From IMG/VR virus record IMGVR_UViG_3300043409_000928, positions 124,001 to 188,000 of that record: 64,000 nt of DNA; one strand, given 5' to 3'. The position numbers and the translations under genes are program-made. Below the pieces are notes generated by a model that did not search any database, was not told the origin of the DNA, and worked only from the letters and a program-made list of their open reading frames with translations. This document shows positions 47,505 through 56,485 of the stretch, in pieces (position 1 is the stretch's first letter; each line of letters begins with the position of its first letter).

Positions 47505-47533
47505 ACTATACTACAGACCCAGATCCTTGTCAA
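47505..47533 (-). promoter_or_regulatory. sigma70 promoter
   Basis: TTGACA-17nt-TATAGT preceded by AAAAACAGG. Confidence 0.8.
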
Positions 47534-47675
47534 CCTGTTTTTGGTTCTTAGCGGTTCTTTTGTAGACTTTTTTGCTGTCCACAACTTTGGCCCTAAAAGG
47601 ACTGTCAGCATGGTACAGCTCAATAGCTCTACGCTTTGGCGCTTTAAACTTTAAAGTAAGGATCGTCCGTTTCAT
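47511..47675 (-). CDS. Small basic protein, ArfA-like (alternative ribosome rescue factor)
   Basis: AIELYHADSPFRAKVVDSKKVYKRTAK aligns by eye with ArfA [30 protein letters not shown]. Confidence 0.45.
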   Translation of the reverse strand: MKRTILTLKFKAPKRRAIELYHADSPFRAKVVDSKKVYKRTAKNQKQVDKDLGL

Positions 47676-47684
47676 AGTGTTACT

Positions 47685-47713
47685 ATTATATGGCAACTAG
47701 AGCCAAGAGTCAA
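47685..47713 (-). promoter_or_regulatory. sigma70 promoter for the ArfA-like gene
   Basis: TTGACT-17nt-TATAAT preceded by AAAAAACAGG; 9 nt to ATG. Confidence 0.8.
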
Positions 47714-47756
47714 CCTGTTTTTTGACTATTTTTGTTGTATTTTTACAACAAACTGC

Positions 47757-48191
47757 CTAATTCTGACGAAATTTTAGGTTTTTTACTTGCCTTAGCACCC
47801 GGCTCATAAACTTAAAGTTAGCACTCACTAACTCCAATAGTTCATCGGCAGGATTGGTACTGGTGCTGGCCATACCAAATGCTATCTCACCTACATCAGA
47901 AAAGTATTGTAAGGTGGGCCAGCGTCTTTGCTTTATTTCCCATGCATCAATAAACAAACATTCTTCACCAATACCACGCATAATTGGTTGCCGCTGTCTT
48001 CCTGGCAAGTTCTGTGCCGACAGCATTTTAATTGCAATCGGCTGTTCCCATAGGTCAGTGCGTTCAAATGTTCTGGCCACAGTATGTACCAAGAAGGCTT
48101 CTACATCAGGCTCCAAATAAGTCTGACTGACACCTTGGGCTTCAACTACCAACTCCCACCCAGCTTTTACATATGGTTGCCAATTCTGCAT
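47757..48191 (-). CDS. Hypothetical protein
   Basis: Start reassigned to MQNWQ, preceded by TAAATA-N5 (48197-48202). Confidence 0.55.
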   Translation of the reverse strand: MQNWQPYVKAGWELVVEAQGVSQTYLEPDVEAFLVHTVARTFERTDLWEQPIAIKMLSAQNLPGRQRQPIMRGIGEECLFIDAWEIKQRRWPTLQYFSDVGEIAFGMASTSTNPADELLELVSANFKFMSRVLRQVKNLKFRQN

Positions 48192-48226
48192 AGAAATATT
48201 TATGCAGTATTTGGAAGTTACCGGAG

Positions 48227-48610
48227 TTAACCTTTTCCCTGCGCTCGTCTGCTTAGTCCGTCCAGCCAAAGAATGATGTCATCATTTACCAAACGAATTT
48301 CCATAGCATCATTTTCACCAAATATACGAAAGTAGCCGGCGCCGTGGTAGTAAGGCCAATCCAGGTGTTTCTCTAAACCTATTAGATGACCAGGTTTTGG
48401 ACTCCAGCCAACAGGACACTGATAAGACCAATACCTAAAATGAGGTCGCATCAGTTCCCAACCAAATGCAGTTAAACGAAGTCCTTTTTGTTTTTTTGGT
48501 TGGTAATTTTTAAACACCGTGTAAGGCGTTATCTTAGTGCTTTCCCAAATGTGTGGGATAGGATATTGAGCAAGATACTCAGTTATCCTTGTAGCTATTT
48601 CCTGCTTCAT
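48227..48610 (-). CDS. Hypothetical protein
   Basis: 127-aa aromatic-rich ORF. Confidence 0.5.
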   Translation of the reverse strand: MKQEIATRITEYLAQYPIPHIWESTKITPYTVFKNYQPKKQKGLRLTAFGWELMRPHFRYWSYQCPVGWSPKPGHLIGLEKHLDWPYYHGAGYFRIFGENDAMEIRLVNDDIILWLDGLSRRAQGKG

Positions 48611-48890
48611 TGATACGCCGCCCTTGCTTTAATTCTACCACACTAAAGTCTTCAGCTTTAAATAAATTATTCAAACGATCAGCTAGATTAAAAGCATGTC
48701 CAGGATTAGAAAAGCTGACTTTTTTGTATTTAGGACCTGGATAGCTTACCAGGCTGTTTAGTGTACGAAGATTAATAGGCTTATCTTTGTAGAATACAGC
48801 ATAGATAGCGTCAGCCGCCAGCACTTCCTCGCTTTTGTAAGTGCGAGGGTTTGTATTGGTAAGGAGGATAGTTGGCTTGGGTCTGGACAT
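48579..48890 (-). CDS. Hypothetical phage protein
   Basis: Start MSRPKP preceded by TAAATA-N5 (48896-48901). Confidence 0.6.
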   Translation of the reverse strand: MSRPKPTILLTNTNPRTYKSEEVLAADAIYAVFYKDKPINLRTLNSLVSYPGPKYKKVSFSNPGHAFNLADRLNNLFKAEDFSVVELKQGRRINEAGNSYKDN

Positions 48891-48938
48891 GCAGTTATTT
48901 ATCAAAACAGCATATTTAATGACTGGATAAACTACCGC

Positions 48939-49301
48939 TTAAATGAATGTTTTAGCTTTAAAAGATCTTAAATTTTTACCAGTTAATACCACACAACTTA
49001 AACTGGTTTTACTATCATCAGTTGACATACCGGATGCAACTATAGTCCAATTACCTGTAGATCTACTTGCCCATACAGTCATTAATAAATCTAGTGAATC
49101 AACTTCACCGGTAATAATAAGCTCTTCACCAACACTGGCCAGTCCACCTACAACTTCTTCACTGGTGGCACAGGTCAATGTGATATTACTTTGAAATACC
49201 GCGGCCAGAGCAGGCAAGCACAATGACAATGTCAGTGCTATTATTAAAATTTTAGTTGTAGCTGGCCGCCAGCCATTCTGTATGTTGTTGAGCATTGTCA
49301 C
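48939..49301 (-). CDS. Hypothetical exported/membrane protein
   Basis: Signal-peptide-like ILIIALTLSLCLPALAA; start uncertain. Confidence 0.45.
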   Translation of the reverse strand: MTMLNNIQNGWRPATTKILIIALTLSLCLPALAAVFQSNITLTCATSEEVVGGLASVGEELIITGEVDSLDLLMTVWASRSTGNWTIVASGMSTDDSKTSLSCVVLTGKNLRSFKAKTFI

Positions 49302-50235
49302 TTGCCTTCTGTAACTGATACTTACCGCAGAACTTCATAAAATGAGGTCCTACGCCGGTATTTCGTTGTCGCTGTACAGAGGTAGCAATAGTCTCGTTCA
49401 ATACTTCTTTGATATTATCAGGCTGTGCTGATAAATCAATGATGTCTCGGTTGCGTTCGTAGTCATCCCGCACCAAGTGTTCAACATCATTATGGTCGGT
49501 CCAGCGTTGCAACATTAGATTGTTCCACAGGAATCCTTTGTTATGACGATCAGCAAAGGCTTCCTCGAGACCAACCTTATTTTTACTCCCTTTTGTGCGT
49601 ACTCCCGGATAAGCTGAAAATATGTTGTCAGATGTATCACCTCGCATACATTTTTCAAACAGGAGCCACTCTGGATTTGGTGCGGCTTTAATAGCCTTAG
49701 TTTTTTTATCAACAATTGATTTACCTTTGTCATCATAATACCCTTCGTGAGTAGTAAGAACGCCAGCAATGCCATTGTATAACTGAACATTGGGTGCAAT
49801 GAGTTGTTCAAAGTCTCCATCGCTTGAAACAATGGTATGATTGTCACTTGGGTGCAGTTGTATCCAACGAGCAATAAAATCGTCAGCTTCGCATACCGGA
49901 TTACGCAATACTGTTACATTGGTACGAGTGCTAATGTATTCATAAAAATTATCAAAGCTTTCCCAGAACAGCTTTTCTTCCTCAGCTTCCTTGACTGTGT
50001 GTTTGGCACGGGCATCTGAACGCTGTGCCTTATAAGGTTTATAAACATCCTTACGCCAGCTTCGTCCTTCGAAGCAGAACACAACATGCTGACCCTGGCG
50101 CTCTTTCCATTGTTTAAGAACAGCAGAAAGAATAATATGATAACTCATAGCAACCCGTTCCTCAGGATCACCAGAACGGATCACATGACGGGCACGGAAG
50201 AAAAGATTAGCGGCATCGACGATTAAGTAGCTCAT
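49252..50235 (-). CDS. rnh: T4 RNase H-like 5'-3' exonuclease
   Basis: LIVDAANL; CEADDFIA; SSDGDF; GDTSDNI. Confidence 0.9.
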   Translation of the reverse strand: MSYLIVDAANLFFRARHVIRSGDPEERVAMSYHIILSAVLKQWKERQGQHVVFCFEGRSWRKDVYKPYKAQRSDARAKHTVKEAEEEKLFWESFDNFYEYISTRTNVTVLRNPVCEADDFIARWIQLHPSDNHTIVSSDGDFEQLIAPNVQLYNGIAGVLTTHEGYYDDKGKSIVDKKTKAIKAAPNPEWLLFEKCMRGDTSDNIFSAYPGVRTKGSKNKVGLEEAFADRHNKGFLWNNLMLQRWTDHNDVEHLVRDDYERNRDIIDLSAQPDNIKEVLNETIATSVQRQRNTGVGPHFMKFCGKYQLQKASDNAQQHTEWLAASYN

Positions 50236-50241
50236 GTAATT

Positions 50242-50270
50242 AGTATAACATTAAAAAAAAAGTTTGTCAA
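50242..50270 (-). promoter_or_regulatory. sigma70 promoter; -10 lies 6 nt from the rnh ATG
   Basis: TTGACA-17nt-TATACT, TG extended -10, no RBS. Confidence 0.85.
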
Positions 50271-50274
50271 CTAC

Positions 50275-50970
50275 TCAATATCTGACAGTAGGATCAAAAT
50301 TAAGATCTGGCACTGGCAATATAGTAGGATCAGTTAGATTATGCAGTTGAAATTTTCCGCTGGACCAGTGATATAATGAAAGTGCCATAGGTTCGTTAGG
50401 TTCAATTATTTCAATTATGTCACCAACTTTGACAATGCCAGACTGTATTACCTGTGTAGCAAGTCCTATCTTTGTCTGGTCAAATTTGTTGTAATCAATG
50501 CTTGTGAAGTTGCCGTTTCCACAAAATGGTGAAATAAATCCACCACACAAAGATCTACGGCCCACAACTTGTAAAAGAACTTCATCGCCTATTTTTAGTA
50601 TTGTGTTTAAAGATAGGTAGTTGATATTGGTGCCGTTGACTAATATATTTTCTCCAACTGCACCGCCAAGTACATCAGTACCAAATTTTTCATTTAGACT
50701 GTCAAGCTCTTCTTTACTAAAAATATTAACCTCATTGATTCGTCGACGCATGTAGTCTAGGCCATTTTTCTTTACAGGCATGGGCGGGAAATAATAAAAA
50801 TCATTTAATATACCACCAAGCATTACTGTTATCCAAGTGTGTTCTCGTCTTGTGGTAGGAGGATAGTTGTGCTGACTTAGTTTCACTCCGGGCGTACTTG
50901 CTATCTTACCTAAAGTGTATAATTGTGGTGATTTATCTTTGGTATATACACCCAATACTTTCAAAGTCAT
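50275..50970 (-). CDS. MOSC domain protein (YiiM-like)
   Basis: GAVGENILV...LKIG..VLLQV...R..C...G....VI..G.VKVGD.I. Confidence 0.7.
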   Translation of the reverse strand: MTLKVLGVYTKDKSPQLYTLGKIASTPGVKLSQHNYPPTTRREHTWITVMLGGILNDFYYFPPMPVKKNGLDYMRRRINEVNIFSKEELDSLNEKFGTDVLGGAVGENILVNGTNINYLSLNTILKIGDEVLLQVVGRRSLCGGFISPFCGNGNFTSIDYNKFDQTKIGLATQVIQSGIVKVGDIIEIIEPNEPMALSLYHWSSGKFQLHNLTDPTILPVPDLNFDPTVRY

Positions 50971-51293
50971 TTTTGATTTTTAGTTTTTGCGTTTGTAGCA
51001 ATACGACCGCCATCAGCAATGAATGAGCCATCAGCCATGCCGTCCATGCCCACATTACGGCAAAGGTCAGTAAACCATTGGTCTACAATTTCTTCGGGAC
51101 TTGGACCTGTGTAACCATTTGAAATTAGAAACATTACAAATGCAGGATTCCATTCGAGTTCAAAGTATCCTTGTTTAGGATTAGAAGGATCTACATGAGC
51201 CTTGACAACATTAACCCAGGGCTCCAGGCTATCTTTCATTGACTTTGCAGTCGGCTTTCTCTTAAAGAGAGTTTTAATTGATTCAAACATCAT
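50967..51293 (-). CDS. Hypothetical phage protein
   Basis: GYFELEWNPAFV..L...GY.G...EEIVDQWF. Confidence 0.55.
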   Translation of the reverse strand: MMFESIKTLFKRKPTAKSMKDSLEPWVNVVKAHVDPSNPKQGYFELEWNPAFVMFLISNGYTGPSPEEIVDQWFTDLCRNVGMDGMADGSFIADGGRIATNAKTKNQK

Positions 51294-51502
51294 TCATCTC
51301 CAAATGCAAGGTCTTCTCGCTTTTTAAGTTCAAGTAATACATTTTCTCTCCATTCTGTTGTTTCGCTGTACCATAACATGCGCTCTTCATCAGAACGAAA
51401 GCACCCAATGCAACGCCCTTTGTCATCATTTGAACAAATACCAATACAAGGGTTAGTGGTATTTGCATGTTTATCCAGTTCTGTCACGAAATTCTGCTTC
51501 AT
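51290..51502 (-). CDS. DUF1289-like small Cys-rich (Fe-S) protein
   Basis: NPCIGIC......CIGCFRS..E...W. Confidence 0.8.
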   Translation of the reverse strand: MKQNFVTELDKHANTTNPCIGICSNDDKGRCIGCFRSDEERMLWYSETTEWRENVLLELKKREDLAFGDE

Positions 51503-51731
51503 ATTCTTCGGTTAATGTTTTAGTTTTTATCGGCCGGAACAGCGCCGCAATTTTATTTCTACTACGTTCAATAAACGAATACTCTGGCTCTGCGGTTACC
51601 AAGTAACCACCATGCCGCAAAGAATGTACTGTGCTGTTGATATGACAAAACTCACAGATTCTGTTGTATTCAAGAAGCAGATATGTTCCAGAGTGTGAGC
51701 AATGATGTGTCCAGGTTTCGTTTTTCTGCAT
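51471..51731 (-). CDS. Hypothetical protein, possible zinc ribbon
   Basis: HHC...CEFC. Confidence 0.4.
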   Translation of the reverse strand: MQKNETWTHHCSHSGTYLLLEYNRICEFCHINSTVHSLRHGGYLVTAEPEYSFIERSRNKIAALFRPIKTKTLTEEYEAEFRDRTG

Positions 51732-51748
51732 AGTATCTTATATAGCTG

Positions 51749-52108
51749 TTAATTAGTAAGTTTGTTATTCATACGGAATGTTCTAACATCTTTGATTGCA
51801 GTCTTCAAAGTCTCTGCATAATTAAGAGCCTGCTGTTCTTTCATGATAATTGTGGCCTCATATTCAATGTATCCTCGAGTCAGTAAAGTCCATATCTTTT
51901 GCCAACGATTCAATGCCCACCACTTGCTTTTTTGTTGTGTGTATGTTGTTACAGTAACGCCTGTATCATCAGCTTCAATCCATACATTATGATCGTGATT
52001 ATCATCGCCACATTCGCATACCACTTGATAGGTCATGGCGTCGCCCCAATCGCTTCTCTTCAATATACCTTCTGCTGGTACTTGCGCTTTTAATGTGTTA
52101 GTAGCCAT
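51749..52108 (-). CDS. Hypothetical protein
   Basis: CECG.D.H motif. Confidence 0.5.
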   Translation of the reverse strand: MATNTLKAQVPAEGILKRSDWGDAMTYQVVCECGDDNHDHNVWIEADDTGVTVTTYTQQKSKWWALNRWQKIWTLLTRGYIEYEATIIMKEQQALNYAETLKTAIKDVRTFRMNNKLTN

Positions 52109-52314
52109 ATCAAATGTTCCTTTTTATCATGATAACGGAATTCAACAACTGCTTCTTTTGTGCCAGCCCATATAACTACACCTTCCACTGCATATCTCAA
52201 CCACAGCAACTTTCCTGTTAGTTCACATCTGCGTGGCTTCCAAAGAAATCTTGATTTCCAAAATGCTTTATCGTGAAAGGAAGACATCTGCGTACGACTG
52301 TAATAAAACGGCAA
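52090..52314 (-). CDS. Hypothetical protein
   Basis: Short Trp-rich ORF. Confidence 0.4.
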   Translation of the reverse strand: MPFYYSRTQMSSFHDKAFWKSRFLWKPRRCELTGKLLWLRYAVEGVVIWAGTKEAVVEFRYHDKKEHLIWLLTH

Positions 52315-53184
52315 TCACTTGCCCCAACCATTGGACCAAATGTCAACATGCAACCTGGGACTATAACGATAGCCTCTGGCCAGTGCTTCATCAGCAATGT
52401 GTCTTGTGTTAGAAAAGTATGCTTTGTCTGTGCCGCCTACCGGCATCACATAAACTTGTCCACCAAAGCCTGCGGCACGGTATTCACTTACTGCTTGGTC
52501 TACTTCTTTAAAGTCCATGATGTTATCAATTACAAATTTTAAATAGGTGTAACCAAGAGTTTGGTATTCAACAACTACACCTGGCTTAATGGCATCTGAC
52601 CACTTCTCACCACTGGAAGTCAGCTTGGGGCTAACACTGAATGTAAGATAGTCTCGGTCTCGGCCAAACCTTGTCCATTCTTCAAACAGATAGGTATGAA
52701 AGTCATCATGCAACTTCTGAGTACCATTTGTTTCAAATGTCAAATTGGCCAAGTCACTCATACGGCTATTGCTTAACAATGCAGGATACAATTGTTGCCA
52801 GCCCAGCAAGGGCTCACCGCCTGTGATGACCAAATGTACATCATTGCCATTGTTCTGTTCCCAGTGATTGTTGGGAGTTAGATCCAGCATAGCATCAACA
52901 CTTTGTTCAACACTGTAGTTAGGACTTAGATGTTTGAATGCAGGATGCCAACTGGCGTAACTGTCACAACCGGTATTGGCCAGTGGTAGATCATTAAAGG
53001 TTGGATATAGGTGTACTACCTTGCCAATGTCATCTGGCTCTGTGGTCTTTTCACCTGTGGGCAATCCAAAGCCTGCACACTTAAAGTTACAACCAAATGT
53101 TCTAAAGAACACACTGGGTACGCCAACAAAGCGACCTTCGCCTTGTGCGCTGTAGAATACTTCGCTTACTTTAAATTCATTCAT
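52315..53184 (-). CDS. queE: 7-carboxy-7-deazaguanine synthase (radical SAM)
   Basis: VSEVFYSAQGEG..VG.PSVF.R.FGCN..C; GCDS; VITGGEP; FETNGT; SVSPK; SPRLHVDIW. Confidence 0.9.
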   Translation of the reverse strand: MNEFKVSEVFYSAQGEGRFVGVPSVFFRTFGCNFKCAGFGLPTGEKTTEPDDIGKVVHLYPTFNDLPLANTGCDSYASWHPAFKHLSPNYSVEQSVDAMLDLTPNNHWEQNNGNDVHLVITGGEPLLGWQQLYPALLSNSRMSDLANLTFETNGTQKLHDDFHTYLFEEWTRFGRDRDYLTFSVSPKLTSSGEKWSDAIKPGVVVEYQTLGYTYLKFVIDNIMDFKEVDQAVSEYRAAGFGGQVYVMPVGGTDKAYFSNTRHIADEALARGYRYSPRLHVDIWSNGWGK

Positions 53185-53449
53185 ATATACTAGACCATTT
53201 CTTTAGTTTCTCAAACTTGGCTTGCTTTGCGGCTTCCATGCCTTCAACTGTTACTACATTTAACGATTGTAACAGGTCTACCATGGCAAGTAAATCACCA
53301 ATTTCACCTTCTAAGTGCTGTGCATTAGTTAGCGGCTTGCCTGGCTTCATATTGTCCAAGCCAAAACGATTGCATTTGCTAACGGCCTGAATCACCTCAG
53401 CACATTCTTCACTTAGAATGTTCATTACTTCGTATAGTTTATTGTCCAT
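53177..53449 (-). CDS. MazG-like NTP pyrophosphohydrolase
   Basis: EECAEV...LEGEIGDL. Confidence 0.75.
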   Translation of the reverse strand: MDNKLYEVMNILSEECAEVIQAVSKCNRFGLDNMKPGKPLTNAQHLEGEIGDLLAMVDLLQSLNVVTVEGMEAAKQAKFEKLKKWSSIYE

Positions 53450-54339
53450 TATACCTCCAATACTATGTTAGGGTTCCAGCCTGTGTCTTCGCTGTAACCA
53501 TTATGATGATAGCCTCGTGGGTTACATACCACCCTTGTCTCACCAATCTCATAATCAAACGGATGATGAGTATGTCCATGTGTCCACAATTTAATTTGCG
53601 GGTGATCCAAGATAAACTCACTCAACTCACTGTGGTAGCCACCGTTCATCAATTTATCGTTTCCATACATTGGATGACAACTTTGAAAACTTGGAGTATG
53701 ATGTCCAACTACCACAACCTTTTTGTCCTTGTGTTCTTGCACAATGTGTTTGATATAGCCCAGTGTCTTATCGTGACGAATAGCAACATCCAACGCACTC
53801 ATGGTGGCAAAACTTCTTTTATCGTTACGGATGATACGAAAGTCGTTCATCATACCTTCAATGGCATGCATGGTCAGCGGATCACGCCGGTTCATATCAG
53901 TCCATAAGGTACCACCTACAAACACTACATCAGAGACTTCACCAGTTTTGCGATTTCTATCTTGAATAATTTTTGTATCGTTTTCTAACATATAGATGTT
54001 AGGGTACCGGGCTAGTTCCTCACGCATATAGTCAATGCCCGCAAAGAACTTACCGTTGTAAAATTCGTGATTACCCATAATATAAATCACATGGGGGAAC
54101 TGAAAACTGCAACGCTTGAAAAAATCTCTAAAACGCTGTGCGGCCTGCTGTCTGCGACCCAGTCCAGTACTGTTGGCAATGGCCGCTTGATCCGTAGTAT
54201 TAGCAGGCTCGGGGTGGTCGTGCAGGTCCTGGGCGATACAAATGTCGCCACCTAAGATTAGAACATCACAGTTGTCATCGTTATTAATATAAACATCTGA
54301 GAATTCTAAATGTAAATCACTAACCAGCTTTATCTTCAT
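53449..54339 (-). CDS. Calcineurin-like metallophosphoesterase
   Basis: SDLHLE; GGDI; GNHE; GHHTP; HGHTH. Confidence 0.9.
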   Translation of the reverse strand: MKIKLVSDLHLEFSDVYINNDDNCDVLILGGDICIAQDLHDHPEPANTTDQAAIANSTGLGRRQQAAQRFRDFFKRCSFQFPHVIYIMGNHEFYNGKFFAGIDYMREELARYPNIYMLENDTKIIQDRNRKTGEVSDVVFVGGTLWTDMNRRDPLTMHAIEGMMNDFRIIRNDKRSFATMSALDVAIRHDKTLGYIKHIVQEHKDKKVVVVGHHTPSFQSCHPMYGNDKLMNGGYHSELSEFILDHPQIKLWTHGHTHHPFDYEIGETRVVCNPRGYHHNGYSEDTGWNPNIVLEV

Positions 54340-54613
54340 TGTCGTCTTCTAGTTTTGCTATTGAATTAAGACCGCTTACTGGAATACCATCCTCATCAAC
54401 AATCGCAAAGCCATCAAATATAAAACCAGCGCCTTTGCAGAAATCTGAAAACGCTTGTAAAATTTCTTCAAGATTCTCGTGACTGTGATCTAAGATAAGT
54501 TTTCTAGTACCATCATTGTAGCATATTAACCATTGTGTGTCAAGCGAATGTTTCTCAATATCGTTCATAGAACGCAATGCTTTTTTAATTGAGTCCCAGT
54601 CGTTAGTTGCCAT
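54320..54613 (-). CDS. Hypothetical protein
   Basis: 97-aa acidic ORF. Confidence 0.45.
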   Translation of the reverse strand: MATNDWDSIKKALRSMNDIEKHSLDTQWLICYNDGTRKLILDHSHENLEEILQAFSDFCKGAGFIFDGFAIVDEDGIPVSGLNSIAKLEDDNEDKAG

Positions 54614-55400
54614 CGGGTCTTATTTCTGCATTAAGATTCAATACTGCGCGGGCCAAATCAACATGAACTCCAGCTTTGACCAATGCAGTTTCAAAAGTCT
54701 GCATGTCTTTGGGAAAACACTTGCCACCAAATCCTGCTTGTCCATCTGGACCGGGACTTTGCCAATGACTTGCACCTAATCGGCCTTCATTAGCAAGCAA
54801 CTGACTAACGACATCATACGAAATATTATATTTTTCGCACAACATTCTAACTTGATTTGCAAAAATAACCTTGGTTGACAAGAAAGCGTTGGTGCTAAGT
54901 TTTGCAACCATTGCTTCAACTGGATCAGTAATAACAAGCTTGCCTGTATAGGTTGATTCAAACAAAGAAGAAAATTCTTCAGCACGATCGCCACCAAGTA
55001 CAACCATTGGTGGAGCAATACTATCTGCTTGCCAGGTCGCTTCTCGAATATACTCTGGCCACATAATAAGATTTTCACCTAGTTGTGTTAACAGCATAAT
55101 TGCACTTTCAACGCCAATGGTACTGCGAACCACTACCGGTCCAGTATATCCTTTGCCAAATGCATAGTTAATAGCGTTATCAAGATTTGCAGTATCGTTT
55201 TCTGGCAGATCTAAAGAAGTATTTAGATTGGAATTAACACATACAACAACATAGTCAACACCAAGCCACTGACTATCTTCTAACACAAGGTCCTTGTACG
55301 GATCGTTAAACAAGATTTCAAGATCTTGGTTGTGATGTTTAAGAAACATCTCGGTGGACTGTCCAACTGTTCCTTTTCCTAAAATTACAATTTTGGTCAT
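54603..55400 (-). CDS. ugd: UDP-glucose/GDP-mannose 6-dehydrogenase, short form lacking the C-terminal domain
   Basis: GKGTVG; RST; PEY.RE; KLSTNAFL..K..FAN; GFGGKCFPKD. Confidence 0.85.
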   Translation of the reverse strand: MTKIVILGKGTVGQSTEMFLKHHNQDLEILFNDPYKDLVLEDSQWLGVDYVVVCVNSNLNTSLDLPENDTANLDNAINYAFGKGYTGPVVVRSTIGVESAIMLLTQLGENLIMWPEYIREATWQADSIAPPMVVLGGDRAEEFSSLFESTYTGKLVITDPVEAMVAKLSTNAFLSTKVIFANQVRMLCEKYNISYDVVSQLLANEGRLGASHWQSPGPDGQAGFGGKCFPKDMQTFETALVKAGVHVDLARAVLNLNAEIRPDGN

Positions 55401-56161
55401 TTTTCTCTCAATACATAGTTGGGGTATTTTACCATACTGGCATCTAATAATGCTTCAAGCCTATCAATATCAACCCAACCCTTTACCACTACCAGAATCT
55501 TTCTGTATTTTGGATCAAAGTCGGCACCATGCAAAAAGTTTTCGTTATTCCATGCAAATGCATTTGTATCACTTGGCAGTTTTACATACATTCTTCCATC
55601 CAGTGGCACAGGCACTTTAGAATTTGGTTGATATTTTTCTTTAGAGCACAACCAAAATGTTTCTGTTGGATTTTTGTCATCTAACATAATTCTAATTTCG
55701 GTGGGGAAAAACATTTTCTTATCTAAGAATGTTGGCATGTTTCCATCAAAATGAGGAGGAATATTAATGTGAGCACTCCAACATCTAATAGATCTAATTT
55801 TGGCAAACGGCATCAACTCAAAAATTGATTTTACATAGTTAGGTTGCGAGTCGGCTAACTCTTGGCAAACTTTAGTCCTCCATGCCGCATTATCTAATAA
55901 TGTTTCGTCTTCATACATTGCCAGCCCATCCCAGTGTGTTGTATGCATTTTAGGTTCTGACACACCAACTGCACCACGATCAATATGCTGGCGATCTACT
56001 CTAACCAATTCTTGATTCCAGACATGCCAAAATGCATCCGGCGAATCTAATTCAAATTTTGGCATTGCCAATGGCAGTCCTGCAATATCCTTATACTTTT
56101 CATTTAGTCTTGGACATTCGGATAATTTTATTAATTTTATTAAATCATTTTCATTATACAT
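55397..56161 (-). CDS. 2OG-Fe(II) dioxygenase-like protein
   Basis: IPPHFDG...FAWNNENFLHGA...RKILV. Confidence 0.5.
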   Translation of the reverse strand: MYNENDLIKLIKLSECPRLNEKYKDIAGLPLAMPKFELDSPDAFWHVWNQELVRVDRQHIDRGAVGVSEPKMHTTHWDGLAMYEDETLLDNAAWRTKVCQELADSQPNYVKSIFELMPFAKIRSIRCWSAHINIPPHFDGNMPTFLDKKMFFPTEIRIMLDDKNPTETFWLCSKEKYQPNSKVPVPLDGRMYVKLPSDTNAFAWNNENFLHGADFDPKYRKILVVVKGWVDIDRLEALLDASMVKYPNYVLREK

Positions 56162-56484
56162 TATCTTTCCAACAAGTGGCCTTTGTTTTTAACATCTTTA
56201 AATTCTTCAGCAGTATCAAGTGGCGCCTTACTTCTAGTAATAACAGGCCAAATTTTGCTAAGTTCAATGTTGATTGGTAGCCAGGGTTTTTGTTCTTCTG
56301 TCATGTCTCGATCTGCAACAATAGCATCCACTGGACATTCAGGAATACAAACGCCACAGTCAATACATTCGTCAGGATCTATAACAAGAAAGTTTGGCCC
56401 TTCTTTAAAACAATCAACAGGGCATACTTCAACACAATCAGTATACTTGCATTTAACACAACTTTCAGTCACGACATAAGTCAT
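56161..56484 (-). CDS. fdxA: 7Fe ferredoxin (FdxA/FdI type)
   Basis: [18 protein letters not shown]...[20 protein letters not shown]. Confidence 0.95.
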   Translation of the reverse strand: MTYVVTESCVKCKYTDCVEVCPVDCFKEGPNFLVIDPDECIDCGVCIPECPVDAIVADRDMTEEQKPWLPINIELSKIWPVITRSKAPLDTAEEFKDVKNKGHLLER

Positions 56485-56485
56485 T

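Noticed and set aside
50253-50261. A9 run as a frameshift or phase-variation site
   Set aside because: Intergenic, within the promoter spacer; no evidence of length variation from one sequence.
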